DNA from: Octopus sinensis
Lineage: Eukaryota
Direction of reading: 5' to 3'
NCBI RefSeq assembly: GCF_006345805.1
Contig: NC_043011.1
Coordinates: forward strand, 28,160,464 to 28,224,463
DNA length: 64,000 bases
Below are positions 13,766 to 26,991 of this stretch, piece after piece. How positions within the stretch are numbered: position 1 is the first letter of the stretch; every line of letters starts with the position of its first letter. The position numbers and the translations under genes were made by a program. The notes under the pieces were generated by a model. It ran no database searches. It was not told the DNA's origin and saw only the letters and a list, made by a program, of their open reading frames with translations.

Positions 13766-14394
13766 TATATAAGAAAAAAGGGACAGGCAACAGGTTGCTT
13801 GACCGCATACCGAAAAAGTAGAAATAGCAGTCAAGAATGCTTATTTCTATTTTCCACAAGTGGGGCTCCACACACGACAAAACCTGCAATTCACATATGC
13901 AAAACAGAAGGAATAGATAACGAAAACGAAGTCTGGCGGTTATCTGCGAACATCATGTTTCTGGATTATAAATATATTGAACATATATTTCATATATATT
14001 GCATATATATTTCACATCCGTCTTCAGAACAGCTTTCCATTGAAATAGATTATCATAGATTTATATTTTGATAAATCTATGATAAATCTATTTCAATGGA
14101 AAGCTGTGCTGAAGACGGATGTGAAATATATATGCAATATATATGAAATATATATCAAAAGTATATATGAAATATATATTGAATATGTTTATAATCCAGA
14201 AACATGATGTTCGCAGATAACCGCCAGACTTCGTTTTCGTTATCTATTCCTTCTGTTTTGCATATGTGAATTGCAGGGTTTGGCGTGTGTGGAGCCCCAC
14301 TTGTGGAAAATAGAAATAAGCATTCTTGACTGCTATTTCTACTTTTTCGGTATGCGGTCAAGCAACCTGTTGCCTGTCCCTTTTTTCTTATATA
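13766..14394. repeat. Near-perfect fold-back palindrome of about 630 bp (6-nt loop at 14065-14070)
   Basis: ORF track gives the same peptide on both strands (RKKGQATGCLTAYRKSRN...); arms are directly complementary; the right arm has a short AT-rich duplication. Confidence 0.97.
14104..14216 (+). ncRNA. Hammerhead-like motif with AT-expanded helix II (mirror copy on minus, 13944-14032)
   Basis: CTGTG-CTGAAGA-C-GGAT...ATCC-A-GAAAC-ATGAT-GTT-CGCAG; helix I is CTGTG/CGCAG. Confidence 0.6.
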
Positions 14395-14395
14395 T

Positions 14396-14460
<65 letters not shown>

Positions 14461-14951
14461 TATACATACATATATATATAAATAGAGAGGGAGAGAGAGA
14501 TTTATGCACACGTACACACACACACATATATATATTCTTGATTCATTGAAGTTCATGCGAGCAGAACAAAATATAAACACGAAAAGAAACGACTCTCAGT
14601 TGATAGATTAAATTACATCAGAATCTGTCTAAAAATTTGCAGATTCTTAAATAGAATGTAATATATTATATAAGCAGAATGCGAAGGATTCAGACGGCAA
14701 TAATTTTATTATTTATAGGTGCTCTGAAAACTCACTTACCAAAATGGAAAAGAAAATGTATCAAGCATCCCAGCACATACAGATTTACGAAACACAGGAA
14801 ACAGTACCACTGGAAACTGTGCAGGACACATAATATACTTTCAATATAACGAAATAGAGAAACCGAAACGAGTACTATGCATACCCAGGGCAGAAAGAAC
14901 TGAGCTTCAATGTACATTGAAAGCACGGGATGTGTAATGAAATCACATATT

Positions 14952-15420
14952 AGGCGTAGAAGTCGCTGCGTGGTAAGTAGCTTGCTTTCAAACCACAAGG
15001 TTCCGGGTTCAGTCCCACTGCGGGACACCTTGGGCAAGTGTCTTCTACTATAACCTCGGACCGACCAAAGCCTTGTGAGTGGATTTGGTTGACGGAAACT
15101 GAAAGAATCCCGACGTATATATGTATACATACATATATATATATGTGTGTGTGTGTGTGCGTGTGTGTGTGTGTGTGTGCGTGTGTGTGTGTGTATGTGT
15201 GTGTGTTTGTGTGTCTGTGTTTGTCCCCCAAACATCGCTTGAGAGCCGATGCTGGTGTGTTTACGTCCCCGTAATTTAGAGGTTCGGCGAAAGAGACCGA
15301 TAGAACAAGTACTAGGCTTACAAAGAATAATTCCTGGGGTCGATTTGCTCGACTAAAGGCGGTGCTCCAGCATGGCCACAGTCAAATGACTGAAACAAGT
15401 AAAAGAGAGAGTAAAAGAAA
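14952..15420 (+). mobile_element. tRNA-derived SINE family C, full length
   Basis: GCTGCGTGGTAAG (A box), GGGTTCAGTCCC (B box), CCTTGGGCAAGTGTCTT, internal (TG)n, 3' AAGTAAAAGAG tail. Confidence 0.9.
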
Positions 15421-16629
15421 GTATTAACAATAAGGATAATGAATAGTAGTAAAGATAGTTATTTACACACTGAAAAGCAGCATTTGTATCTACTATAGAC
15501 GCAAAACAAACATACTTATGGGTCAAATAATTTCAGTATATGGCGATGTCAGTAATAAAATTGTTTTTCTTAATTTATCTTTCTGGAAAAAGTAAAATGT
15601 TGCTTTGTAGGACAGCATAACAATGATCATTTCCTCGAAATCTGCCTTATACATATTGTAAATTTTTCTAAATGCCAGTTTTGTGTACGCTTCTCATGCT
15701 TTGATATTTCTTCACATATTTTATTTTTTCGTTTCATGTTTATATTTCGCCGATTCAACTGACTTAAATATGCACATATATTGTTTATTTATGTCAAAGA
15801 AATCTGAAGTATCTGTGAAGTTATATCTCCAGTAAATTGTTTCTGACATCGGTACAATTTCGAGTAAACGCGTTGGACAAATCGTCTCCATTGTTTGAGT
15901 AAGACATTTTATCAGCTCCGGAAGGACAATATGTAAATTTCAGCTAGGCCGGATTCCAACTATGAAGATAAAGAAACCCGGAACAAGTACTGCAAAACAC
16001 GCTCTGATACTATAACGGTTCTGACATCACTAACACCACCACACATACACACTTTGTCGGGAAAAATTTGTTCTCGCTGCATATTTTCTTCTTGTTAATA
16101 TTCCATGCAAGAAATATATTGACCCAAATAAATATGATGATATCAGCTGGAAAATTGGTGTACTGTACTGTTTATTTCATAAAGACACGTGGCTTATTTG
16201 TTAAGTATGTGGGGTTCGCCATCGTATGTTCGTAGGTTCGATAGATGGTTCGACCCGTGCTTAACTGTCTTGAATAAACCACTCTACTACACGATGTCCT
16301 ATTCTAATTCCTTGAAATGAACGCCAACTAGGTGCTGGTGGAGTCCCCTCTCTCTCTCTCTGGTTGTCACATCCTCGAATTTCCTATAGGACAACGGTGG
16401 AGGTGGTGGTCATGGAAAGGGGCAATGAATACATCAATGTGTGCTCGCAGTAACATAAAATTCTAAACCCCTTAACGGAAGCCAAGACATCTCCGAGTGA
16501 TGTCCATAGCTACAGTTTATTATACGAATGCTGTGTAGTGATAATTGAAGTTCTAAAAATAAGAATCTTCTATGTATTTCTTATATTTATTTAATTTTTC
16601 CATTTGAAATATTAAACTAACTAAACACG

Positions 16630-17235
16630 AGATCTTTTATCTTTCACTTGATTCAGTCATTAGATTGCAGCCATGCTAGAGCACTGCCTTGAAGAATTTA
16701 TAGTCGACTGAATCGACCCCAGTACATTTTTCTTTTTTTGCCTACTACTTATTCTACCGTCTATTTGCCGAACCGCTAAGTTACGGGGAAGTAAACAAAT
16801 CAACGTAAATTGTCAAGCGGTAGTGGAGTACAAACGTAGATAGAAACACACAGACACAGATTGACACACACACACACACAAACACACATGGGTAGATTGG
16901 GTGGACGGAAATTGAAAGAAGTGCGCCATATATATATATAAATAAGGGTATCTCTCAGATACCATTATTTATAGTTTTAAATAATTATTACCTTTGTATG
17001 TTATTTATTCCCATGCTGGCCACTTGATAAGATCGATATATAAATATCAATATTATCCTTATTTGTAAATTTATATATATATATACGGCGGGTTTCTTTC
17101 AATTTCCCTCCACCGAATCCACCAATAAGGCTTTGGTCATCCTGAGATTAAAGTAGAATTCATTTGCCCAAGTTGCCACGCAATGGAACGGAACCTGGAA
17201 ACGTGATGTTGGGAAGTAAGATTTCATCACACAGC
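16630..17235 (-). mobile_element. SINE family C, older interrupted copy
   Basis: TAGTCGACTGAATCGACCCCAG and GCCGAACCGCTAAGTTACGGGG; head remnant near 17150-17230. Confidence 0.7.
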
Positions 17236-19584
17236 CACGTCTACGGCTAGATATATGAAAATATGATAACAGTTTTCTGACTACAAAGGCTGAGATGAGT
17301 GAAATACTATAGATACAAGGGTTTTGATTTCAGGTAGATCAAATGCAAGGATAAATACTTGTTCACGAATCGCGAAGTAAATTGCTCGCTTGCTTCTCAC
17401 AAATAAGAGCCACGTCTCTCTCATAAGTCCATACATCTCAGCCTACTGGTTTATCTAAAGACAGTACACGTGAAAGAAAATTAACTCGTAAAGACTACCA
17501 CTACCGACTTGGGAGCAAGTACCATGCTGTCACCAATTGCTGTAGATGTCCGTGTATTCATGAACAGTTCACGTACATAGCCGGAATACTCTTGGGTGAT
17601 AAGTCTATTCGATCAGTCTTCATTTGGGTCTAAATGACTGACAAGTGAATTTACAGTGTAGCAATAACCATTTTAGCCATTTTGAAATGTGGCGCTAATT
17701 GGCAATATGACGTAATGTCGTATTGCCGAAGAAATATCATTTTCGTTTTTTTCCATTGGTTAATTTAACTGCTCATATAAAGATTCTAGAAGTTTCGTAA
17801 AGAATATCTGTCATGAATTTCGATTCTTTTTAGTCAAGTTGAGCAGTTATAAAAACCCTGGATTTTGGAAAATAAATCAGTGTTCGTTGGTAGTCACTCA
17901 ACTCCACGTCACTCACTCTTTTGGAGACATCGGTAATTTTTATGCCATGTCCAAGTTAATCACAAATATATTTTGATTTGTTGGTTAATATATTAGATAG
18001 AAAGAAGAAATTAGCTAAGGAATTTATAGTCGTTTTCCCCCACGACAAAGTTATCTTTCTTACTGTAAAAAAATATAAAATTTCATATTTATATAATAAA
18101 AATAATTAAAAAGAAAATGTTTCTCTTCACGTTTGTTTTTCAACTGAGCATAGATAAATATGCATTTCTGTAATCTTTGATTTATGTTTCTTATACCGGT
18201 TTAAAGGACACGATTAAAATATTCAACATACATGTCAATATAGCGTTCCATGCGTATATGTCTATATGACGTTATAACTGCAGTTAGGGTTTTAGATATA
18301 ATGATAACACTTGAGTATAAGTGACGTTGAATCATTATATTCTCCCTTACTCAGAGAAAAGCCCAAATAAATAATATAACCTAAGAGAAAGCTTAAGGTA
18401 GAATAAACCGAAAACCGCCGTAGGAAAACAGGAATCGTCAAAGTCAATGACCCTACTCCCGTCTCTATTTAAGAGAGCTACATTACAATGAGTTCAATTC
18501 CGAACACGGACTTGTAGAATCTATTCTCCAAAATCATCTATAATGTTATTCATTACATGTTTCTTCTCAACTGCTTCCATGAAGATATCGGAAATTAAAT
18601 AATAAAATATAATCAGATTTTCGTTCTACTGCAGATTGAAATTCCTTTTTCTGATTGTGTTAACTTCCAAGTGTTCATCGTCTATTGCATGGTTAAAAAA
18701 AGGATTTGATTCAGCAAATAGTTTGTTATTTGCGCAGTATTTTTCTGATCTTCCGTCTGTTTCATTTTCCTTATTAGATTTAATGTTTTCTCAAATACTG
18801 TAGCAAAACCAAAGCTAATATACGAAGCCGACTATCGATATATCAGCCATCTTCTTTCTAGTTGTCGTCGTGTTATTTTCACGTTTAGTCATCATGTGTG
18901 TGTGTGTGGTGTGTGAGTGAGTGAGAGAGAGAGAGAGAGGGGGGAAAGGAGCGAGAGATCGTATGCGTATGCGTAAGTGTGTATGTGCGCGTGTCTGTGT
19001 GTTCTTGTTTATATTGGTTTTATTAGTGTTGTTTCGCTCGAGGTCAGCTCTGATCGAACAGACTTATGATCAAAGATGCTGCAAACGTGTTAACCTGAGT
19101 CTTATTTTATATGCTGCTTGTGTTTTGCTTTTCGTTAAGCCTGGCTGTACTAGGACTTCATTATCCAATATATTTGCTGTAGTCTGCGGCTTTGAACTGC
19201 GAATCATATGAAGATTTCACTGCTATCTCGAGCAGGCCGAGTGATGCTGGAGAGATTCTCACTGTCAAGTTGTGTAAATAATCTTACTTTTAAAATTACA
19301 ATAGGAGCGTCTTTTGTGGAACAAAATTTGATCTGTTTCGCTTCGATTTGGGAAACAGAAATGTAGAAAAGAAATGAAGGTGGGGAAGGAGGTGAAATAG
19401 AAACATAGAAATACAGTAGGGATGTGTGCAGAAATAGACAAAGCAGACGAACAGAGAGGCTGGGATGATGTCAAATGAAGTTAAGAGAAATGCAGAAATG
19501 CAGCGCTCTACTGAGATTGCGGTAGACACAGCAACAGCGAACGACCGTGAGAGAGAAAGCGTAGCAATAACGCAGATAGATAGA

Positions 19585-20075
19585 TAGATAGATACATACA
19601 TACATACATACATACATACATACATAAGAAGAGGGGAAGTGAGACAGGGGGAGCGGTAAATAGGTAGTTATGTGGCTAGGTGGATTAGTTGATAGGTAGG
19701 TAGGTTGATTGGTAGGTAGGTAGGTAGGCAGGCAGGTATGTGGATAGGTAGGTAGATAAATAGGTAGGCAGGTAGATAGGTACGTAAGAAGGCAGGAAGG
19801 TAGGTAGGTAGGTAGGTAGGTAGGTAGGTAGGTAGGTAGGTAGGTAGGTAGGTAGGTAGTTAGGCAGGTAGTTAAGTAGGTAGGTCAGTAGGTAAGTAAG
19901 TAAGTATGTATGTACGTATGTATGTATCTAGGTAGGTCGGTAGGTAGGTAGGTAGGTAGTAGGTAGGTAGATAAGACAGGAACATAGGCAGATAGAGATA
20001 TTGTTAGACAGATAGGTATATATATAGGGTCGGTAGTCATGCAGATGGATGCATGGATGCATGGATGGATGGATT
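19585..20075. repeat. Compound tetranucleotide array (TAGA/TACA/TAGG/TAAG/TATG/TGGA)
   Basis: Direct observation. Confidence 0.9.
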
Positions 20076-21222
20076 GTCAAATGAAAAAGAGTGTAAAGGG
20101 GAGAAAACAGAAAATCAACAAAATATCGATCGTAATTTCAATATCAGGTACTTGAATCTCGGAAACACAAGATAAGAAAGATCGAACTACTTAATCCAAG
20201 GAAACTAGTGATTGTTAATACATCAGCAATCACCCAGTGTTAGAGTTCGATGTGCAAATTCAGTATAGTTAACTTTTAGTGTGGACTTTAGATTTAAATG
20301 TGTCGAGCTTTTCTCCTCTCCACAATGGAAGAAGATAGAAAAAAGATGGTATTAACATTTATGCTTATATCAATGGCAAGGTATTCAAAGAACGTAGTGT
20401 AAATATAATATTTGCAACCAAATTTGTCCTTTGTTTGTAATATGTCACGGTTCTGAACCAGGATATTAACTGTTTGCGGTTACTTCTTGCTTTCCGGGAC
20501 ACTTATGCATTGATTAGCGATCAATTACAGTCTTTAATGTTGCAGAGCTGAAAAGGTTGAGTTTGAAATCGAAGAATAGATGTGGTAACTTGACCTGCTG
20601 CAATCATCAGCAAAATATTTCTCAAACTGACGTAATCTTTCTTAAAAGATAAGAAAACAAGAGGTCGTATTTGATAATAAAAGATGTCTTTCATCACAAA
20701 TCGTTTCACATGAATTGTGGTTATTCAAAAGTAAGGAAATAATTATCCCTAATTTTGGCACTAGGTCAGCAATTTTAGGGTAAGATGGCTATTCACTGAT
20801 ATTCGACCCAGGTGCTTGACTGATAATTCTTTCATCGAACCCGAAAGGATGAAAGTTGACCTCAGTGAAATTTTAAACATCTGACATAAAAAGTAGAAAA
20901 AAACCGTAACTCTTTGCCTCAAGACGCTTTCAATTCTCTTAAGTCGTCACCTTAAGAATAGCAAATATAATCTCAATGGCATACATTGGTGCCACATTTT
21001 TTCCAGTTTCATTCGGAATACAAAAATATAGACCGCATATTGCGGTTCTAGAGTCTGATGTTTCTCAATGGGATTTTTCAGCGTGGAAAAGTGGTCCGAC
21101 AAATAAGATTATTTAAATCTTAATTTTCACTTTTTTAATCTTGTCCAAAAACATGGCGGAGAAGAGCTACATGAATGCAAGTTCTTTATTTCCCCATAAA
21201 AAAAGAAGACAAAATATGTAAC

Positions 21223-21264
<42 letters not shown>

Positions 21265-21294
21265 TAGTTTAAGGTCTACAAACCTAATGGAGGC

Positions 21295-21430
21295 TTGAAA
21301 AGACATTTTAAGATCAACAAGGATCACAATTTAACTGCAACTTTTGGTGGTCCAAATCAAATATATAATCTATGTGGGTGTCTTTACAAAACACTGACTG
21401 GTTTAAAAAGCCACATCAGGCGCCATGGTG
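21295..21430 (+). pseudogene. C2H2 zinc-finger remnant (possibly the C-terminal finger of an RTE-type LINE)
   Basis: [21 protein letters not shown] fits C-x2-C-x12-H-x3-H with the first Cys mutated. Confidence 0.4.
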
Positions 21431-21550
21431 GATTTATCGTACAAGTACAAGGGGTGGTCAGTCTCTGTACAATGATTATACAACTACCATATATATATAT
21501 ATATATACACACACACATGTATATATGTATATCTATATACACACACACGC

Positions 21551-21591
<41 letters not shown>

Positions 21592-21642
21592 GTATATATG
21601 TATATCTATACACACACACACACATATATATATATATGTGTG

Positions 21643-21942
21643 TGGAGGCGCAATGGTCCAGTGATTAGGGCAGCGGACTCGCGGTTGTAGGATCGCAGTT
21701 TCGATTCCCAAACCAGACGTTGTGAGTGTTTCTTGAGTGAAAACACCTAAAGCTCCACGAGGCTCCGGCAGAGGGTGGTGGCGATCCCTGCTGTACCCTT
21801 TTGCCACAACTCTCTCACTCTTTCTTCTGTTGGCCTGCACCCTTAGCCAGCGGGGTGGCGTCATTTGAAGGCTAAAACAATACGAAGCGCATTGTGACCA
21901 GCGATATGTAACAACATCTGATAGCCTGGTCAGTCACGGTCA
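21643..21942 (+). mobile_element. tRNA-derived SINE family A
   Basis: GGAGGCGCAATGGTCCAGTG (A box), GTTTCGATTCCC (B box), 3' TTTGAAGGCTAAAACAAT..GATAGCCTGGTC; matches the 34298 and 49507 copies. Confidence 0.9.
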
Positions 21943-22434
21943 CATATATATATATACATATGTATGTATGTAGAGAGTGTCCCAGAATTGACTATCTCTC
22001 TCAATATAATCAGGCAAATTTTTTTTAAAGTTTTAACTTAATTTTGGTGCCAAAACATATTTATCAATCTTACGTCAAAACTTTATAGTAAATATTCTGC
22101 ATGTGCACCGTCTATATCGATGCAAATTTCAAATCTATCCTTAACGTTCCTAGACATAATTTCAAGGATTACAGGAATTATCTCCTGCACTGTTAACTGA
22201 ATTTGTTCTTTATGCTCAACCAGACTATCGCTGCATCCAGGGGCTGGAGGTACAGAAAGTAATTTCAGCCAAATTGTAAAAAAAGATGACCATGGACTGA
22301 TAAGCGGAATACAACCGGAATGAAAATAAAATTACAAAAAAAGAGTTATAAAAATTATAAAATTTTGAATAGAATTTACCCATCGCACACTGTATATATA
22401 CATACATATTTACACACACACATACATATATATA

Positions 22435-22436
22435 TA

Positions 22437-22525
<89 letters not shown>

Positions 22526-22563
22526 TATAATATATATATATATATATAATATATATATATATA

Positions 22564-22612
<49 letters not shown>
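22435..22612. repeat. Long (TA)n microsatellite
   Basis: Direct observation. Confidence 0.95.
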
Positions 22613-22620
<8 letters not shown>

Positions 22621-22622
22621 AT

Positions 22623-22850
22623 GTGGAGCCGCAATGGCCCAGTAGTTATGGCAATGAACTCGCGGTCGTTCGATCGCGGTTTCGATTCCCATACGGGCAT
22701 TGTGAGTATTATTGAACGAAAATGCCTAAAACTACACGACAGGAGGTGGTGGTGAACTCTGCTGTTCTCTTTCACGAAAATTTTCTCCTACCCTTTCTGC
22801 CTGTTTCTGTTGTACCTGTATTTCAAAGGGCCGACGTTGTCATACTCTGT
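22623..22850 (+). mobile_element. SINE family A variant, partial
   Basis: GGAGCCGCAATGGCCCAGTAG..GGTTTCGATTCCC..TTGTGAGTATTATTGAACGAAAA. Confidence 0.7.
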
Positions 22851-23087
22851 GTGTGTGTGTATGTATATATATATATATATATTATATATATATATAAAAT
22901 AGCCTCATTAAGGAATAATAATAGCCAATAAATTACTGGTTCAGTGCCTAGTGTTTTTTGTGAATAGTAATATTCATAAAATAATAGGTCTAAATATACA
23001 TCTTGGTTTCAAAATATTCAGAAAAACATTTAGAAAATGGAAATGTAACTTTAATATAATTTATTTACTTTAAAAATTCCAACACAT

Positions 23088-23172
23088 TCTCATACAGCTG
23101 TTCTAATTTTGCCGAAAGATTAAATTACAATAATTAAATCATTGTATTAGGCAAAATCTCATCAGAGGTGGG
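23088..23172 (-). ncRNA. Degenerate hammerhead motif overlapping a palindrome
   Basis: Minus strand CTGATGA-GATTTTGCC...GGCAAAATT-AGAAC-AGCT-GTA; 9-bp helix II; ACAGCTGT palindrome; GAAAC damaged. Confidence 0.45.
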
Positions 23173-23255
23173 AAAAAGATATAGCGTTATATCTTTTCTC
23201 CCCCTATGATCAGATTTTGCCTAATACAATGATTTCATTATTGTAATTTAATCTT
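23116..23255. repeat. Fold-back palindrome of about 140 bp
   Basis: AAGATTAAATTACAATAATTAAATCATTGTATTAGGCAAAATC mirrored by GATTTTGCCTAATACAATGATTTCATTATTGTAATTTAATCTT. Confidence 0.9.
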
Positions 23256-23312
23256 ATTTTACTATATATATATAAAATATGGATTAGAGATAAAACCACT
23301 TGTGTTTGATTT

Positions 23313-23396
<84 letters not shown>

Positions 23397-23717
23397 TATA
23401 TTATAATATATATATATTTCGTGTTTAATATTAATATATATATACATATATATATATACATATAGTAAAATAAGAATTCAGATAGAATCACATACTTGAC
23501 AAGATGTACACCAGGTAGGATTGGATAATCTCTGCGTTTCCAGCCTATAGTAGGTGAATATTAAATAGGATATTCCGGTTGTGTACACAGAGAAAACCAA
23601 CCCTATGAATATTTAACACCTAAATGTAGGTCTAAATCAGGCGTTACTTTGAATAGTACATTGTTGATATACTCTAAAGTGTCCAAGTTGTATAAGTTTC
23701 CTTGATTATATATGTAT

Positions 23718-23973
23718 ATATGCAGAGTGAGGTGAATTATGCAAAAATGAAAATAACATTGACATCTCATTATAACAGATAAAGTTATCAAAACTACATA
23801 ATAATATCTTGAAATACTGAAGAGTAAATTTATTCAATAAAATCAGTGTTGGCTTCAACCACGGCCTCCAGACGTTTTCGGAATCTCTTGCAACTCTTCT
23901 GGATGGCCTCCTACAACCAATGCACATGCGCAAAATTAAAGACATCAAATTGCGACAATTTACCCATCGCATA

Positions 23974-23982
<9 letters not shown>
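23718..23982 (-). mobile_element. Internally deleted Tc1/mariner element
   Basis: Minus strand QKSCKRFRKRLEAVVEANTDFIE* (transposase C-terminus); terminal motif TACAGT.TGCGATGGGTAAATT also present at about 22375-22395. Confidence 0.65.
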
Positions 23983-24025
<43 letters not shown>

Positions 24026-24134
24026 TACCTCAATGTTCTTAAAATTCAAATCAGCATTTTTGTCTATATATCTACCTTCTCTATAATGTTATCAATTAAT
24101 ATGAACATTATGTATTAATGGGAAACCTCTATAA

Positions 24135-24220
24135 ATGACTGATGATTGCTCAACATTTTAAAACTGTTGTAGTATTTACAATATTTAATAAAATGATGTA
24201 GCGTGAAACGATCGTACCAA
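24135..24220 (+). ncRNA. Hammerhead motif (core intact, helix I lost); paralog of 57309-57393
   Basis: CTGATGA (24139)-TTGCT..ACAT...ATGTAGCGT-GAAAC-GATC-GTA (24205-24216). Confidence 0.5.
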
Positions 24221-24251
24221 ATTACCGGAGATATTCTTGTTGCTTATTTTG

Positions 24252-24287
<36 letters not shown>

Positions 24288-24853
24288 CATTCATGCATGT
24301 AGGTGTGTGGGTGGGTGGGTGTTTGTATATTTCTTATCTCGTTTTCATTTTCTATTGCTTATTTATTCCCGAACCACAATTTATATACTTTGGTATTAAC
24401 ACTTTACCTGCCTTGTCCATCTCTTCACAGATTATGTACATTTTAATCCCCAATTACTTTTTGTTCCCTCCCGATATATGCAAGATAAATGCAAGAGCAC
24501 ACATTTCATGTAAATTTGAGAAAGTGCTCCTCTGATAATTAGAACTTCATGTATTACGTAAATATTCACTTGGAACCTGTTTCGTGAACTAGCGTTGAAA
24601 GAAGAGTTGTTACAGAAACAAATGTAACTGGTCGTTCAAGGTGTATTAAGGTTCTTCTTTGTATTTTTATTTGCACATATATTCAGTTGAAATATATTTC
24701 AAGAACATATATTTAAGAAAGCTTTTCCTCTAAATGAGCCAAGGACGCAAGCAACACTTCAGAGAACAACAGCAAATAACAAGTTTTGTTTACAAGCAGT
24801 CGAGCATTCTCCATTTTCAATGCAATACTTAATGTATTATAAATTTTCTTGCA

Positions 24854-24886
<33 letters not shown>

Positions 24887-25595
24887 TTACATACACACAC
24901 ACACACAGAGTCACACTCACGCACACACCGTATAATACTTAAATACCAAAACAAATAATATTTTCTATAATCATTTCCATATTGATTTTGAATGTTGCCC
25001 TTTCAATGTTTCAGATAAAATAGCTCATCCCTAAAGATTTTATACATTATGACTAGTACCTCTTACCAATTTTTAACTTATTATGCAACTCCAGAAACTG
25101 CATAACATACAATGTATGAACAGACGTTTGAGAATATTTTAAGAACGGGTGGAATTTTTTCCAAGATAAATATTTGACAAGATGCGTTGTTAACAATTAA
25201 CTATTTTGTGTTCTTCAGTTATTTGAGTATCTGTAACTCATGTTAGATGCATACATACATAGAGGGAGGCAGACTGACAAACAGACAGACGCACAGAGAC
25301 ATACAAAAGTAATCACACATACAAACAAATCTGTATGTTTTAAATACAGAAAAGATGAGTGTGCAAAATACGAACTAGAATCATTGATTTCAATAATCTA
25401 TACAAATACATAAAACCAAGAAACTACTTCCTTTGTTTTACATGGCGTAACCGTGTTTGCATACGAGATTCGCTGAGCGTGTGTCTCTGTGCGTAATATT
25501 TATACATGCATGTGTATATCAGTGAAGGTACCTGAAGTTACGCATGTTCGTTTCAGGATGCTGACTTTACATTGTTGGATATATAGTTGTAGGTT

Positions 25596-25626
<31 letters not shown>

Positions 25627-25714
25627 GTCTCTCTCTGTCTATCTCTCTCTCTCTTTATATATACATATATACATGCATATATATATATATATACTATATA
25701 TATATATTATATAT

Positions 25715-25812
<98 letters not shown>

Positions 25813-26186
25813 TATATATTGTGTGTGTGTGTACAGATTTGTGTTTATATATTACGTATATGGTACATGGGCTATATGCATGTATATATATGTGCGAATT
25901 ATACATATTAAAACATCTGTGTATAAATAAATACGAATGTGAACGTACATACATAATTATATATGCACGTGTGTATATATATTTAAATGTGTGTATCCAT
26001 ATGTGTGCGTATATGCATATATATATATATATATATCTGTGTGTGTGTGTGCACATATATACATTTATATGTATATATATTTATATATATATGTACATAT
26101 ATATACAATATATATATATATATATATACTTACATATATATATATATATATATATACATACATACATACATACATACATACATACA

Positions 26187-26219
<33 letters not shown>

Positions 26220-26859
26220 GCATGTATGTATGTATGTCTCGATATATGTATGTATGGAGGCACGCATTTTTTTATCAGATTATATGTTTCAGTAACATAG
26301 GTGCTCAGGAAAATCAATATCACTGTATTCCAATTACTACATACTTATCTCATATCATCCTTGATAGATCGGTGCAATCCTTACGTACCTCGAGGAATCC
26401 TGGTCGTATAATGCATAATAAAACAGATTGTGTATCACGGAATCTCCCAACGCATATTATCACAGAGGTATGTTTCTTTTTTTTTTTCTTTTACAGCTAT
26501 TTTGTGCATCTCCGAAAGTCAAATTGTTCGTCAATCGTCCTTTAAACAATAATGTTACGAAAGAAAGCATGCAACCAACTGAAAGAACAAAACAAACATA
26601 CAATATTACAAAAAGTTTTGTTTTTTTCCTCTGTATCAAATATAAATAACAGGAGTGACAACGTAAGTTATATATACCAATATGCGTTGATAAAAATGAG
26701 CGAACTCTATTACCTATGCATACAGTAAAAATAAATGTCAAAAAGGTTTTTTTCCCCCTTGCATGTTAGATTTACTGTCAGTTATCTATCAAATTGTATT
26801 GAGATATTGCAGCACTTATCTTACACGTGCTGGATTATTTCTCTTTGTCTTACTCACTC

Positions 26860-26891
<32 letters not shown>

Positions 26892-26894
26892 GCG

Positions 26895-26973
<79 letters not shown>

Positions 26974-26991
26974 TTATTTATATATATATAT

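Noticed and set aside
25500-25590. Possible pre-miRNA hairpin around CCTGAAG/TTTCAGG
   Set aside because: Pairing beyond 7 bp needs several large bulges
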